The position numbers and the translations under genes were made by a program. Positions 1-8,450 of a stretch of DNA of 64,000 bases are shown here, piece after piece. The notes under the pieces are model-generated. The model had not been told where the DNA came from. It saw nothing but the letters and a program-made list of their open reading frames with translations, and made no database searches. Location: the NCBI GenBank assembly GCA_039802005.1, contig JBDRVV010000004.1, positions 31,227 through 95,226 of the forward strand, given 5' to 3'. Within the stretch, counting starts at the first letter, position 1, and each line of letters begins with the position of its first letter. The DNA comes from a candidate division WOR-3 bacterium. GTDB taxonomy: Bacteria > Hydrothermota > Tepidihabitantia > SM23-42 > JAOAFX01.

Positions 1-289
1 GCCTTCTTTCACTAAGTCAAAAAAGAAAAAATTTGAGGCACTTCGTGGTTATAAAGAAATAAATTTAATGGCAATGAAGTTACTGAATGAAGGTGGGATA
101 TTATTTACTTCGTCTTGTTCCTATCATATCTCCAACGAGGAATTTTTAAATATGCTCCGCGATGCAGCAAAAGATGCAAAAAAGCATTTTATAATAATTC
201 ATCAGGGTAAACAGGCGAAAGACCACCCGGTATTATTAAATTTTCCTGAAAGCAATTATTTAAAGGCTTATTTTTTAAGAGTTATTTAA
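1..289 (+). CDS. Class I SAM-dependent rRNA methyltransferase (RlmI-like), C-terminal fragment; 5' end lies outside the window
   Basis: The frame is open from position 2 with no upstream stop. The C-terminus reads GGILFTSSCSYHIS...HPVLLNFPESNYLKAYFLRVI, which matches the RlmI-family C-terminal signature. The gene is convergent with the next one. Confidence 0.6.
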   Translation, partial: PSFTKSKKKKFEALRGYKEINLMAMKLLNEGGILFTSSCSYHISNEEFLNMLRDAAKDAKKHFIIIHQGKQAKDHPVLLNFPESNYLKAYFLRVI

Positions 290-295
290 ATACTT

Positions 296-1426
296 CTATT
301 TCATTACTTCTTTTCTTGAAAAATCTCTCTTCAAAGCAAATTCACTGATGTCGTAAGGGGGTTTTCCGGTTGTGATCAATTCCGCTGTTATGTATCCTAT
401 TTCCGGGCCCAACATAAATCCATGGCCACAAAAACCACCAACTACCCATAATCCTTCAATGTCTGTCTTATCAACGATTGGGTTTCCATCCGGTGTCATC
501 TCATAACTACCTGCCCACTGCCTGATTATCTTCAAATTCTCAAGTTTTGGTATCAACCGCGCCATCCTCCGTCCCATTTCACTTATAAATTCAAAAGATG
601 AACGGACATCCGTTCCTGGCACATTCGGAATCGGTGTATAACATCCAATGATACTGCCCTGTTTTGCTTTTTGATGGAAATAACATCCGTCAGGGCGATA
701 ATCAACAATCATTGGTTTGAAAAAAACTTCTATTGGTTCGGTAATCAAGGATTCATGCCGTTCCGGAAATACCGGAATATCAAGCCCAAGGTGTTTAGAG
801 AATTCCCTTATGAATGGACCTGTTGCATTTACTACAATTGGTGCGTAATATTTTGCATTATCAATTGCAGTAACTGAAACAACCTTATTCCCTTCAACAT
901 TTATTGTCTTAATCTCGCAATGGGTAAATATCTTCCCTTTTTCCTTTATCTTTCTTGCATATCCATCAACTACTAAAAATGGATTTGCCTGACCGTCAGA
1001 TGGGCAGTATGCACCACCAAGTAGACCTTCGGTATTTATGCCCGGAACAATTTCTTTTATTGCTGGCACATCCACATACTCTACATCCAGCCCCATACTT
1101 TTCTGCAATTTTATCAATTGTTTATAGGTCTTTTCTTTCTCTTCGCTGTGCGCCAGAAACAGATACCCATCCTGTTCAAATTCCACATCTACGCCCAGTT
1201 CATATTCCATTACTTTAAATTTCTTTACCGACTCCATCGCCACTTTAATACTCAATTCGGTTGAATACTGCTGTCTTATTCCACCAATACACCTGCCTGT
1301 AGAACCCGCGGTAAGATATTCTTTTTCAAAAAGATAGACCTTTAAACCCTTTTTTGTGAGATAATAACCTGTAGCACAACCGATTATACCACCACCGATT
1401 ATTATGGCATCTGCAGTGTTATTCAT
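296..1426 (-). CDS. FAD-dependent oxidoreductase of the DAO family (sarcosine oxidase beta, glycine oxidase or D-amino acid dehydrogenase-like)
   Basis: 376 aa. It has an N-terminal GxGxxG dinucleotide fold (AIIIGGGIIGCATGYYL) and a C-terminal GHGFMLGP motif typical of SoxB, ThiO or DadA-type flavoenzymes. It is the last gene of the tdh-kbl operon. Confidence 0.75.
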   Translation of the reverse strand: MNNTADAIIIGGGIIGCATGYYLTKKGLKVYLFEKEYLTAGSTGRCIGGIRQQYSTELSIKVAMESVKKFKVMEYELGVDVEFEQDGYLFLAHSEEKEKTYKQLIKLQKSMGLDVEYVDVPAIKEIVPGINTEGLLGGAYCPSDGQANPFLVVDGYARKIKEKGKIFTHCEIKTINVEGNKVVSVTAIDNAKYYAPIVVNATGPFIREFSKHLGLDIPVFPERHESLITEPIEVFFKPMIVDYRPDGCYFHQKAKQGSIIGCYTPIPNVPGTDVRSSFEFISEMGRRMARLIPKLENLKIIRQWAGSYEMTPDGNPIVDKTDIEGLWVVGGFCGHGFMLGPEIGYITAELITTGKPPYDISEFALKRDFSRKEVMK

Positions 1427-1503
1427 TAAAATTTTAAATTTTTAGGTATTTTGGTATTTCCCAAACTTTAGGCATTTTGGACTTTTAGGTATTTAGGCAT
1501 TTT

Positions 1504-2751
1504 TTATAAACCGTACATTGCGACTATTTCGTCTTTCTTCTTTCCGAGAATTTTGTATTTTTCTCCGACCTTTTTAAATGCCTCAATTGCCTTATCAAGA
1601 TGTTCTTTTTCATGGACTGCAGAAATCTGAACCCTTATCCTTGCCTGTCCCTGGGGAACAACCGGGAAGAAAAATCCAACAACATATATACCTTCATCGT
1701 AAAGGTCTCTTGCCATATCCTGCGCAAGTTTTGCATTGTAGAGCATCACCGGTACTATTGGATGGACTCCTTCTTTAATGTCAAATCCTGCCTCTTTCAT
1801 TTTCTGCCTGAAATATTTTGTGTTCTCTTCAAGTTTATCTCTCAATGTGGTTGTGCTGCCAATGATATCCATCACTTTATTTGCCGCAGCAACTACAACC
1901 GGTGGAATTGTATTGGAAAATAAATAAGGACGGGCACGCTGTCTGCACATTTCAACTATCTCTTTGCGTCCACTCACACAACCACCACTTGCACCACCCA
2001 TTGCCTTTCCCAGTGTCGTGGTTATTATATCAATCTTCCCTACAACACCACAGTGCTCATGCGTTCCTCTACCATTCTTACCAAGAAAACCAGTGGCATG
2101 TGAATCGTCCACCATTACCATTGCATCATATTTTTCAGCAAGCTCGCAAATTTTATCAAGTGGTGCAATATCGCCGTCCATAGAAAATACACCATCGGTG
2201 ATAATCATACGGAACCGACAATTTTGTGTTTCCTGAAGTTTTTCTTCAAGATGTGCCATATTCAAATGTTTGTAGTTATATAATTGGGCCTTACAGAGTT
2301 TCATGCCATCAACGATTGAAGCATGAACAAGACGGTCTGCAATCATTGCATCTTCTTTATCAAGAACAACATCAAAAACACCAGCATTGGCATCCATACA
2401 GGATGGGAATAAAACCGTATCTTCAGTTCCTAAAAATTCTGTAAGTTTTTTCTCCAGTTGTCGGTGTATATCCTGGGTTCCGCAAATAAATCGCACCGAA
2501 GACATGCCATAACCACGATTTTCAAGCCCTTCGTGCGCTGCCTTTATAACTTCAGGATGGCTTGAAAGACCAAGATAATTATTCGCGCAGAAATTTAAGA
2601 CTTCCTTGGGTGGTGAACCAGTAGGATATTCAACTTTAATTACTGCCGACTGTGGAGATGCGATATACCTTTCTTCCTTAAATAAACCCTTTTCCCTTAT
2701 TCCCTTCAGTTCATTCGCAAAAAATTCTCTTACTTTATCGCTGAAGGCCAT
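1504..2751 (-). CDS. kbl: Glycine C-acetyltransferase / 2-amino-3-ketobutyrate CoA ligase (Kbl); PLP-dependent alpha-oxoamine synthase
   Basis: 415 aa. It matches Kbl at ortholog level, as recalled from memory: FCANNYLGL, VRFICGTQDIHRQLE, DGVFSMDGD, DDSHATGFLG and the PLP-lysine motif TLGKAMGGASGG. Confidence 0.85.
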   Translation of the reverse strand: MAFSDKVREFFANELKGIREKGLFKEERYIASPQSAVIKVEYPTGSPPKEVLNFCANNYLGLSSHPEVIKAAHEGLENRGYGMSSVRFICGTQDIHRQLEKKLTEFLGTEDTVLFPSCMDANAGVFDVVLDKEDAMIADRLVHASIVDGMKLCKAQLYNYKHLNMAHLEEKLQETQNCRFRMIITDGVFSMDGDIAPLDKICELAEKYDAMVMVDDSHATGFLGKNGRGTHEHCGVVGKIDIITTTLGKAMGGASGGCVSGRKEIVEMCRQRARPYLFSNTIPPVVVAAANKVMDIIGSTTTLRDKLEENTKYFRQKMKEAGFDIKEGVHPIVPVMLYNAKLAQDMARDLYDEGIYVVGFFFPVVPQGQARIRVQISAVHEKEHLDKAIEAFKKVGEKYKILGKKKDEIVAMYGL

Positions 2752-2764
2752 TTAATCCTCCCCA

Positions 2765-3040
2765 TTAACCATCAAGTTTTACAAATTCACCAAGGAGTTT
2801 AATAATGTTATTAACCGTATCAAATGCCTCGGTTGTCGCCTTTTCATCAGGTATCTTTATATTAAATTTTTTCTCAAGGAATGTTTTTAGCGAAACCATT
2901 GAAAAGGAATCAACAATCCCGCTTGATATAAGGGGGGTGTTTTCCGTTATCTCCTGGTCTGAATCCTCATCCAGATACTCTTTTTTCACATAATCTATTA
3001 TTAATTTTTTCAAATCTTCTGCCATTTTTTCCTCCTTCAA
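2765..3040 (-). CDS. Acyl carrier protein (stand-alone, dedicated)
   Basis: 91 aa and acidic. The phosphopantetheine-attachment serine sits in GIVDSFSMVSL. It lies 6 nt downstream of the acyl ligase and 13 nt upstream of kbl. Confidence 0.7.
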   Translation of the reverse strand: MKEEKMAEDLKKLIIDYVKKEYLDEDSDQEITENTPLISSGIVDSFSMVSLKTFLEKKFNIKIPDEKATTEAFDTVNNIIKLLGEFVKLDG

Positions 3041-3046
3041 AAATTT

Positions 3047-4747
3047 TTAATCATTCTCTAATGTTGATATATCACCTATCTCTTCACCCCATTCTTTTGC
3101 CCTTAATAATCTGCGCATTATTTTGCCACTCCTTGTTTTGGGGAGTGAATCCACAAATTCAATCTCTTGTGGCATTGCCAGGGGTGAAAGTTTCTTCCTG
3201 ATAAAGTTCATTATATCAAGTTCAAGTTCATTACTGGGTTTGTATCCGGGTTTTAATGCAACAAATGCTTTTACCACTTCCATATTGACCGGGTCGGGCT
3301 TACCCACCGCTGCTGACTCAGCAACCGCCGGATGTTCAAGTAGTGCAGATTCAATCTCAAATGGTCCGACAAGATGTCCAGCGGTATTTATTACATCATC
3401 ATCCCTTCCCACAAACCAGAAATATCCTTCATTATCAAGGTATGCACGGTCACCACATATATACCAGTTATTTTTAAATTTTTTATCATAAGTCTCTTTA
3501 TTATTCCAGTAAGCCCTCATCATTGATGGCCAGCCAGGTTTTAATGCAATCAATCCGATTGAACCCGGCGTATTTATCGGCTCGTAATTTTTGGGGTCCA
3601 CTACCGTCGCAACAATCCCGGGAAATGCCTTACCCATAGAACCCGGCTTAATCTTCATACCCGGATAATTTGATATAACAATCGCTCCGGTTTCGGTTTG
3701 CCAGTATGAATCATGGAAAGGTAAACCAAATACCTTCTCTGACCAAATGACTGCCTCTGCATTCAATGGTTCACCAACACTTATTAAATGGCGTAAAGAT
3801 TTCAAATTGTATTTCTTCACAATCTCTTCGCCCTCTTTCATTAAAAGTCTGATTGCGGTTGGTGCGGTGTACCATACCGTGACTTTATGTTTCTCAATGA
3901 ATGCATACCATTTTTCGGTGTTGAAACCAATATCATAGACAACCTGGGTGACACCATTTGACCAGGGACCGATTATGCCATAAGAAGTACCTGTTACCCA
4001 TCCGGGGTCTGCGGTACACCAGTATATATCATTCGGTTGAAGGTCCAGGACCCATTTTGCGGTAATGTATTGAGCAATGATAGAAGAATGAACATGCAAT
4101 GCGCCCTTGGGCTTTCCTGTCGTCCCGGAAGTATAATGTAATACCGAGGGGGTCTCTCTATCCGCAGGATAGATATCAAATTTATCCACACGCTGATAAT
4201 CGTCCATACTGAATGCTATTTCTCTCTCTTCAAGGGGCTTTCCTTCATTGTGCAAGACAATAATGTATTTCAATTCCGGAAGTTGTGTTTTAATCTTACG
4301 AACCTTTGACAAATGCTTACGTGTGGTTAAAATTGCGGTTGTCTTAGCATCATCAAGCCTGGTAAACAATGCCTCTTCACCAAATGCCGAAAACAACGGT
4401 TGAACAATAAATCCTGCCTTGAGTATGCCAATAAATGATATGTACAATTCTGGTATGCGATCCATAAAAATACAAACCCGTTCACCTTTTTTTATCCCCA
4501 AGGAAGTCAGGAAATGGGCAAATTTATTGCTGTTTAATCTTATATCTTCGTATGTGAAATGCCTGATTTCGCCGCTAAAACCCTGCCAGATCAATCCTAA
4601 TTTATTGCCCAAACCGAGTTCGCATATCCTATCGCTACAATAATAACCGATGTTATACATTCCGTTTTTGCCAAAATCAAGTTCCTGCTCACTTAATTTC
4701 CAATCAAAATTTTTATATCGTTCATCGTATGAACCAATATTGGACAT
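3047..4747 (-). CDS. AMP-forming acyl-CoA/acyl-ACP synthetase (ANL superfamily)
   Basis: 566 aa. It carries the P-loop-like motif YTSGTTGKPKG, the YGxTE-like motif WQTETGA and the C-terminal GDRAY...GRDDDVINTAG...PKTRSGKIMRR motifs of adenylate-forming ligases. Confidence 0.85.
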   Translation of the reverse strand: MSNIGSYDERYKNFDWKLSEQELDFGKNGMYNIGYYCSDRICELGLGNKLGLIWQGFSGEIRHFTYEDIRLNSNKFAHFLTSLGIKKGERVCIFMDRIPELYISFIGILKAGFIVQPLFSAFGEEALFTRLDDAKTTAILTTRKHLSKVRKIKTQLPELKYIIVLHNEGKPLEEREIAFSMDDYQRVDKFDIYPADRETPSVLHYTSGTTGKPKGALHVHSSIIAQYITAKWVLDLQPNDIYWCTADPGWVTGTSYGIIGPWSNGVTQVVYDIGFNTEKWYAFIEKHKVTVWYTAPTAIRLLMKEGEEIVKKYNLKSLRHLISVGEPLNAEAVIWSEKVFGLPFHDSYWQTETGAIVISNYPGMKIKPGSMGKAFPGIVATVVDPKNYEPINTPGSIGLIALKPGWPSMMRAYWNNKETYDKKFKNNWYICGDRAYLDNEGYFWFVGRDDDVINTAGHLVGPFEIESALLEHPAVAESAAVGKPDPVNMEVVKAFVALKPGYKPSNELELDIMNFIRKKLSPLAMPQEIEFVDSLPKTRSGKIMRRLLRAKEWGEEIGDISTLEND

Positions 4748-4751
4748 TTAA

Positions 4752-5102
4752 TCAACCTCCTGTTTTTTCTTCAATTATTGCAATTCCACAGGCATATTTT
4801 TTTGAATTGCCTGTTCCAATATGTATATAGTTTTTACTATCAGAAATAAATTTTTTAAGTGGCTCGGTCACATTTACTTGTTTGTTCTTCAATTCTATAT
4901 TTTTAAAAAAGAATCCAAAATATAGCCCGATGCCAAGTGCTTTCAAAATCGCTTCTTTGATGCAAAACTTTAAGCCTGCAAATATACGATTTTTTTGAAT
5001 TGATTCCAATTCGCTGGTTGTAAAAATTTGATTAAAAAAATCTTCAGAAACCTTTGAAAACCGGGTCAATTCAATCAGATCAATGCCAATACCCTTTATC
5101 AT
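4752..5102 (-). CDS. acpS: Holo-[acyl-carrier-protein] synthase (4'-phosphopantetheinyl transferase)
   Basis: 116 aa. It has GIGIDLIEL at the N-terminus and the FCIKEAILKALG core typical of AcpS. Spacing to both neighbours is 4 nt. Confidence 0.8.
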   Translation of the reverse strand: MIKGIGIDLIELTRFSKVSEDFFNQIFTTSELESIQKNRIFAGLKFCIKEAILKALGIGLYFGFFFKNIELKNKQVNVTEPLKKFISDSKNYIHIGTGNSKKYACGIAIIEEKTGG

Positions 5103-5106
5103 TATC

Positions 5107-6144
5107 TCAGGGATATAGTAGTATTTTACCGCAATTCCCGCTTTCCATCAATTCCATTCCTTTCTGAAACTCTTCAAGCCGAAAGCGATGGGTAATTATT
5201 GGTTCAAGATCAATTCTTCCTGAGGCAAGAAATCTCGTTGTTTTATACCAGGTTGAGAACATCAATCTTCCATTTATACCTTGTATCGTGAAGTATTTAA
5301 ATACAATCTCCGCAAGATCTATTTTCAAAGGTTTGTCCGGTATCCCCAAGATTGAAAACTGTCCTCCAGGTCTCAAAGCCTTAAGTCCTTCAGCAATTGC
5401 ACTTTGATTGCCCGACATCTCCAGCACAACATCAACACCTTTGCCATTCGTATTTTGCATAATTGTTTCTATGATCTTGTTCTTCTTTGGGTTCAATACA
5501 AGATCCGCCCCGAGTTTTTTAGCAAGATGCAATCTGTATTCATTTACTTCGGTCGCAATGATTTTAGTGGCACCACAGCTTTTACAAACTGCGATAGACA
5601 TCAACCCAATCGGACCACAACCGGTTATCAAAACAGTATTTCCAGCAATCTCACCGGCAAGAACCGTGTGGATTGCGTTACCTAAAGGTTCCATAACCGA
5701 TATATAATCTTTTGGAATTTTATCCTCAATGACCCAGGCATTGTTTGCAGGAACAACAGCATATTCAGCGAATACCCCGTCTATGTCAACACCAAATATC
5801 TTTACATTCTCACAGATATGGGCAAGACCATTGCGGCATAAAAAACAATATCCACAGGCGATATGGGTTTCGGCAGAAATAATGTCGTCTTTCTTTATAT
5901 TCTGAACATTCGCACCAACCTCAACCACCTGACCGCATAATTCGTGACCCATTATTTGAGGTATCTTCCTTATGCGCTTCTGTGCCCAATCATTCCACTG
6001 GAAAATATGAAGGTCTGTCCCGCAGATTGAAGTTGCTAAAACTTTTACCAGGACCTCGTTGGGTCCTGGTGTTGGGACTGGAACATCTAATAATTCTGCA
6101 CCCGGCTCAGATTTTGTCTTAACGACTGCCTTCATTGTTGTCAT
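5107..6144 (-). CDS. tdh: L-threonine 3-dehydrogenase (zinc-dependent MDR family)
   Basis: It matches Tdh at ortholog level: GHE...G catalytic-zinc motif, the CxxCxxC structural-zinc motif CGYCFLCRNG, and a C-terminus FSTWYKTTRFL...PIITHRF...FQKG...GKILL. The ORF track starts at an upstream TTG at 6150. A sigma-70-like promoter (TTGACT-16-TATAAT) in the 29-nt gap after rny places the transcription start near the first ATG, so the mRNA may be leaderless. The exact start is uncertain. Confidence 0.85.
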   Translation of the reverse strand: MTTMKAVVKTKSEPGAELLDVPVPTPGPNEVLVKVLATSICGTDLHIFQWNDWAQKRIRKIPQIMGHELCGQVVEVGANVQNIKKDDIISAETHIACGYCFLCRNGLAHICENVKIFGVDIDGVFAEYAVVPANNAWVIEDKIPKDYISVMEPLGNAIHTVLAGEIAGNTVLITGCGPIGLMSIAVCKSCGATKIIATEVNEYRLHLAKKLGADLVLNPKKNKIIETIMQNTNGKGVDVVLEMSGNQSAIAEGLKALRPGGQFSILGIPDKPLKIDLAEIVFKYFTIQGINGRLMFSTWYKTTRFLASGRIDLEPIITHRFRLEEFQKGMELMESGNCGKILLYP

Positions 6145-6149
6145 AGACA

Positions 6150-6177
6150 ATTATAATAAAAAAATACCCAAAGTCAA
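6150..6177 (-). promoter_or_regulatory. Sigma-70-type promoter (TTGACT-N16-TATAAT) for the tdh-acpS-ligase-acp-kbl operon
   Basis: Read on the minus strand, the rny-tdh gap is aatcTTGACTttgggtatttttttatTATAATtgtctATG. Confidence 0.5.
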
Positions 6178-6179
6178 GA

Positions 6180-7733
6180 TTACTTTGCTACCTCGGTTGC
6201 GCGTGTCTCCCTTACCACTGTAACCTTTATTTGACCTGGATATTGAATCTCTTTTTCAATCCTGCGGGCGATATCGTTTGCAATATTTGTTACCTCTGTA
6301 TCAGAAATAACACCTGGGTTTACCATTACCCTAACTTCTCTACCCGCCTGAATTGCATAAACCCTTTCCACACCATTGAAAGAAGAGACGAGATCTTCAA
6401 GCGCCTTCAGTCTTTTTATATAAGCCTCTATCGTTTCCCTTCTGGCTCCAGGTCTTGCACCTGAAATTGAATCCGCTATCTCAACGATAAAGGCATAAGG
6501 GCTATTTGGTTCGACTTCCTCATGATGAGCGGCAATTGCATTGACAATCACTTCACTTTCATTAAATTTCGCAGCAAGCTCGGCTCCGATCTGGGCATGG
6601 GGACCTTCCATTGTTATATCTGCAACCTTCCCCAGATCATGCAGTAACCCTGCCCGCTTGGCAATTATCGGGTCAAGTCCTAACTCCTGGGCAATAAGTG
6701 AAGAAAGGTATGCAACTTCTTTTGAGTGTTGCATGAGATTCTGTCCGTAACTTGTACGGAAACGCATTTTACCGAGGTGGCGGGCAAGTTCTGGGGCAAG
6801 ACCGATTATCCCCAATTCAAGACAGATTTCCTCTCCGGTATTTTTTATTATAGTTTCTATCTCTTTTTGGGCACTTTTTACAACTTCCTCAATCCGTGCG
6901 GGATGAATTCTTCCATCCGAAATTAATTTTGACATTGCAATTCGTGCGACTTCTCTTCTAATTGGATCAAAACAGGAGAGCGATATCGTTTCTGGTGAGT
7001 CATCAATTATTACTTCAACCCCGGTTAAATTCTCAAATGATCGGATATTTCTACCTTCTCTACCGATGATTCTTCCTTTCATTTCTTCCGAAGGGATTGA
7101 AACTACTGATATAGTTGTTTCCATTGTATGACTTGTCGCACACTTCTGTATTGCCTGAAGAATGATCTCCCGGGCAGTCTCTTCAGCCTTTTGACGTGCC
7201 TCTTCTTTTATGCGATTAAGTAGTGCCGCTGCCTCATGTCTTGCCTCTGCCTCTAAATTTTTCATTAACGAAGATTTGGCTTCTTCTTTTGAAAGATTGG
7301 CAATTTTTTGTAATGCTTCGGTTTCTTCTTTTATTAACTGATCAAGTCTTTCTGATTTTACCTGTATTATCTTTTCCCGATTCTGGAGATTATGCTCTTT
7401 ATTCATAAGCTCTTTCTCTTTGTCAATTATCAATCGTTCCCTTCTCTCCAGACTATTTTCTTTCTCTAATAACCGTCGCTCGGCTTTTTCAATTTCCCTT
7501 CGGCGGTTCAAAGTTTCTTTTTCAAAATTTAATTTTTCTTGATACCAGTGTTCTTTAGCGGCGATTTCGGCAGATTTACGATAATTTTCTGCCTCTTTTC
7601 TGGCATCCTCAATTATTTTTCTTGCTTCTTCCTGGGCACCTAAAATTTTTGCCCGATTGTATTTAAGGTAAAAGAAAACAACAAAAATTGCTTCTAAAGC
7701 CAATATAACTATGGCAATTATTAGCACTAACAT
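6180..7733 (-). CDS. rny: Ribonuclease Y
   Basis: 517 aa. The order is an N-terminal TM helix, a long charged coiled-coil, a KH domain (IIGREGRNIRSFENLTGVEVIIDD) and an HD domain (HSKEVA...LLHDLGK). A GGAGGAGG Shine-Dalgarno sits upstream. Confidence 0.9.
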   Translation of the reverse strand: MLVLIIAIVILALEAIFVVFFYLKYNRAKILGAQEEARKIIEDARKEAENYRKSAEIAAKEHWYQEKLNFEKETLNRRREIEKAERRLLEKENSLERRERLIIDKEKELMNKEHNLQNREKIIQVKSERLDQLIKEETEALQKIANLSKEEAKSSLMKNLEAEARHEAAALLNRIKEEARQKAEETAREIILQAIQKCATSHTMETTISVVSIPSEEMKGRIIGREGRNIRSFENLTGVEVIIDDSPETISLSCFDPIRREVARIAMSKLISDGRIHPARIEEVVKSAQKEIETIIKNTGEEICLELGIIGLAPELARHLGKMRFRTSYGQNLMQHSKEVAYLSSLIAQELGLDPIIAKRAGLLHDLGKVADITMEGPHAQIGAELAAKFNESEVIVNAIAAHHEEVEPNSPYAFIVEIADSISGARPGARRETIEAYIKRLKALEDLVSSFNGVERVYAIQAGREVRVMVNPGVISDTEVTNIANDIARRIEKEIQYPGQIKVTVVRETRATEVAK

Positions 7734-7769
7734 GACAACCTCCTCCCCGGGACTGAGCTAATCAGCCCT

Positions 7770-7940
7770 GGGTAATTTCTTTAAAGTCCCCGCGATTGCC
7801 GTGTGGGAAAAAGTCTCTGAACCCAAGGTTAAAGTGGGCGCCTGTCAACTACAGACAAGTCTGTAGCCAAACTTGGCTCCCTAACGATGGGTGTTGGCTC
7901 AAGACTTAATGCCCATCACGAGCATCGCAGGGAACGAATT
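7770..7940 (-). ncRNA. ssrS: Putative 6S RNA (SsrS)
   Basis: The 205-nt gap downstream of zapA is locally GC-rich and non-coding. On the minus strand the 5' segment ttccctgcgatgctcgtgatggg pairs with the 3' segment cccacacggcaatcgcgggga. A second inner pairing (ttaagtcttgagcc with ggttcagagacttttt) surrounds a central bubble and an apical hairpin (ctacagac-aa-gtctgtag). This matches the 6S closing stem, bubble and terminal stem architecture. The zapA-ssrS order is a widely conserved synteny. Ends are approximate. Confidence 0.5.
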
Positions 7941-8241
7941 AAGTAACAGCCTCGTCAATTTTGAGGATTAATGAATTAATCCTCTGTTCTAATTCTGAAA
8001 TTTTTTTATTTAAATGTTCTTCTTTTTGCAAAAATTCATCCACCAGATTCAAACAGGCAAGAACTGCGATCTTGGTGGTTGACGGTAAGGGAAATTCACG
8101 ATGAATATCCCTCATTTTTTTATCAACTATTTCGGCAATCTTCTTAATCCGTTCCTCATCAATATCCTCGGATGTTATTCTGTAGTCATTTCCGAAGATA
8201 TTGACCAACACCTCATTTGTATGACCCTTCTTCAAGTTCAC
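7939..8241 (-). CDS. zapA: Cell division protein ZapA
   Basis: 100 aa. It has the ZapA pattern: an N-terminal beta domain (VNIFGNDYRITSEDIDE) followed by a C-terminal coiled-coil. Confidence 0.7.
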   Translation of the reverse strand: MNLKKGHTNEVLVNIFGNDYRITSEDIDEERIKKIAEIVDKKMRDIHREFPLPSTTKIAVLACLNLVDEFLQKEEHLNKKISELEQRINSLILKIDEAVT

Positions 8242-8273
8242 TCCTAAATATTATTAATAAAAATAACCATATA

Positions 8274-8450
8274 TTACAGGGTCATCGTGTCTATCTTCTC
8301 AATCAAACCATCAACCTTTCTCTTAACTTCTTCTTCTTTCTCTTTCAATTGCCTGTTCTCTTCTTCAAGTTCAGTTATTCTTTGCTTAAGTTCATTGATT
8401 AAGTTAATCATTCTATCTATCTTTTCTTCAAGTCTTGCTATCCCGTTCAA
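8274..8450 (-). CDS. Small coiled-coil protein, possibly ZapB-like (58 codons, TTG start)
   Basis: Absent from the ORF track because it is under 60 aa. Its translation is (M)NGIARLEEKIDRMINLINELKQRITELEEENRQLKEKEEEVKRKVDGLIEKIDTMTL. A strong AAGGAGA Shine-Dalgarno lies 6 nt upstream. The TTG overlaps the pheT TGA stop (TTGA). The sequence is heptad-rich leucine-zipper-like. It fills the otherwise empty 205-nt gap between pheT and zapA. Confidence 0.45.
   Translation of the reverse strand: MNGIARLEEKIDRMINLINELKQRITELEEENRQLKEKEEEVKRKVDGLIEKIDTMTL

Noticed and set aside
671-2444. Multiple plus-strand ORFs of 60-107 aa (671-877, 955-1218, 1578-1778, 1600-1923, 1881-2183, 1964-2236, 2226-2444)
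   Set aside because: They all lie antisense within the well-supported minus-strand FAD-oxidoreductase and kbl genes. They have biased, low-complexity composition and are typical shadow ORFs.
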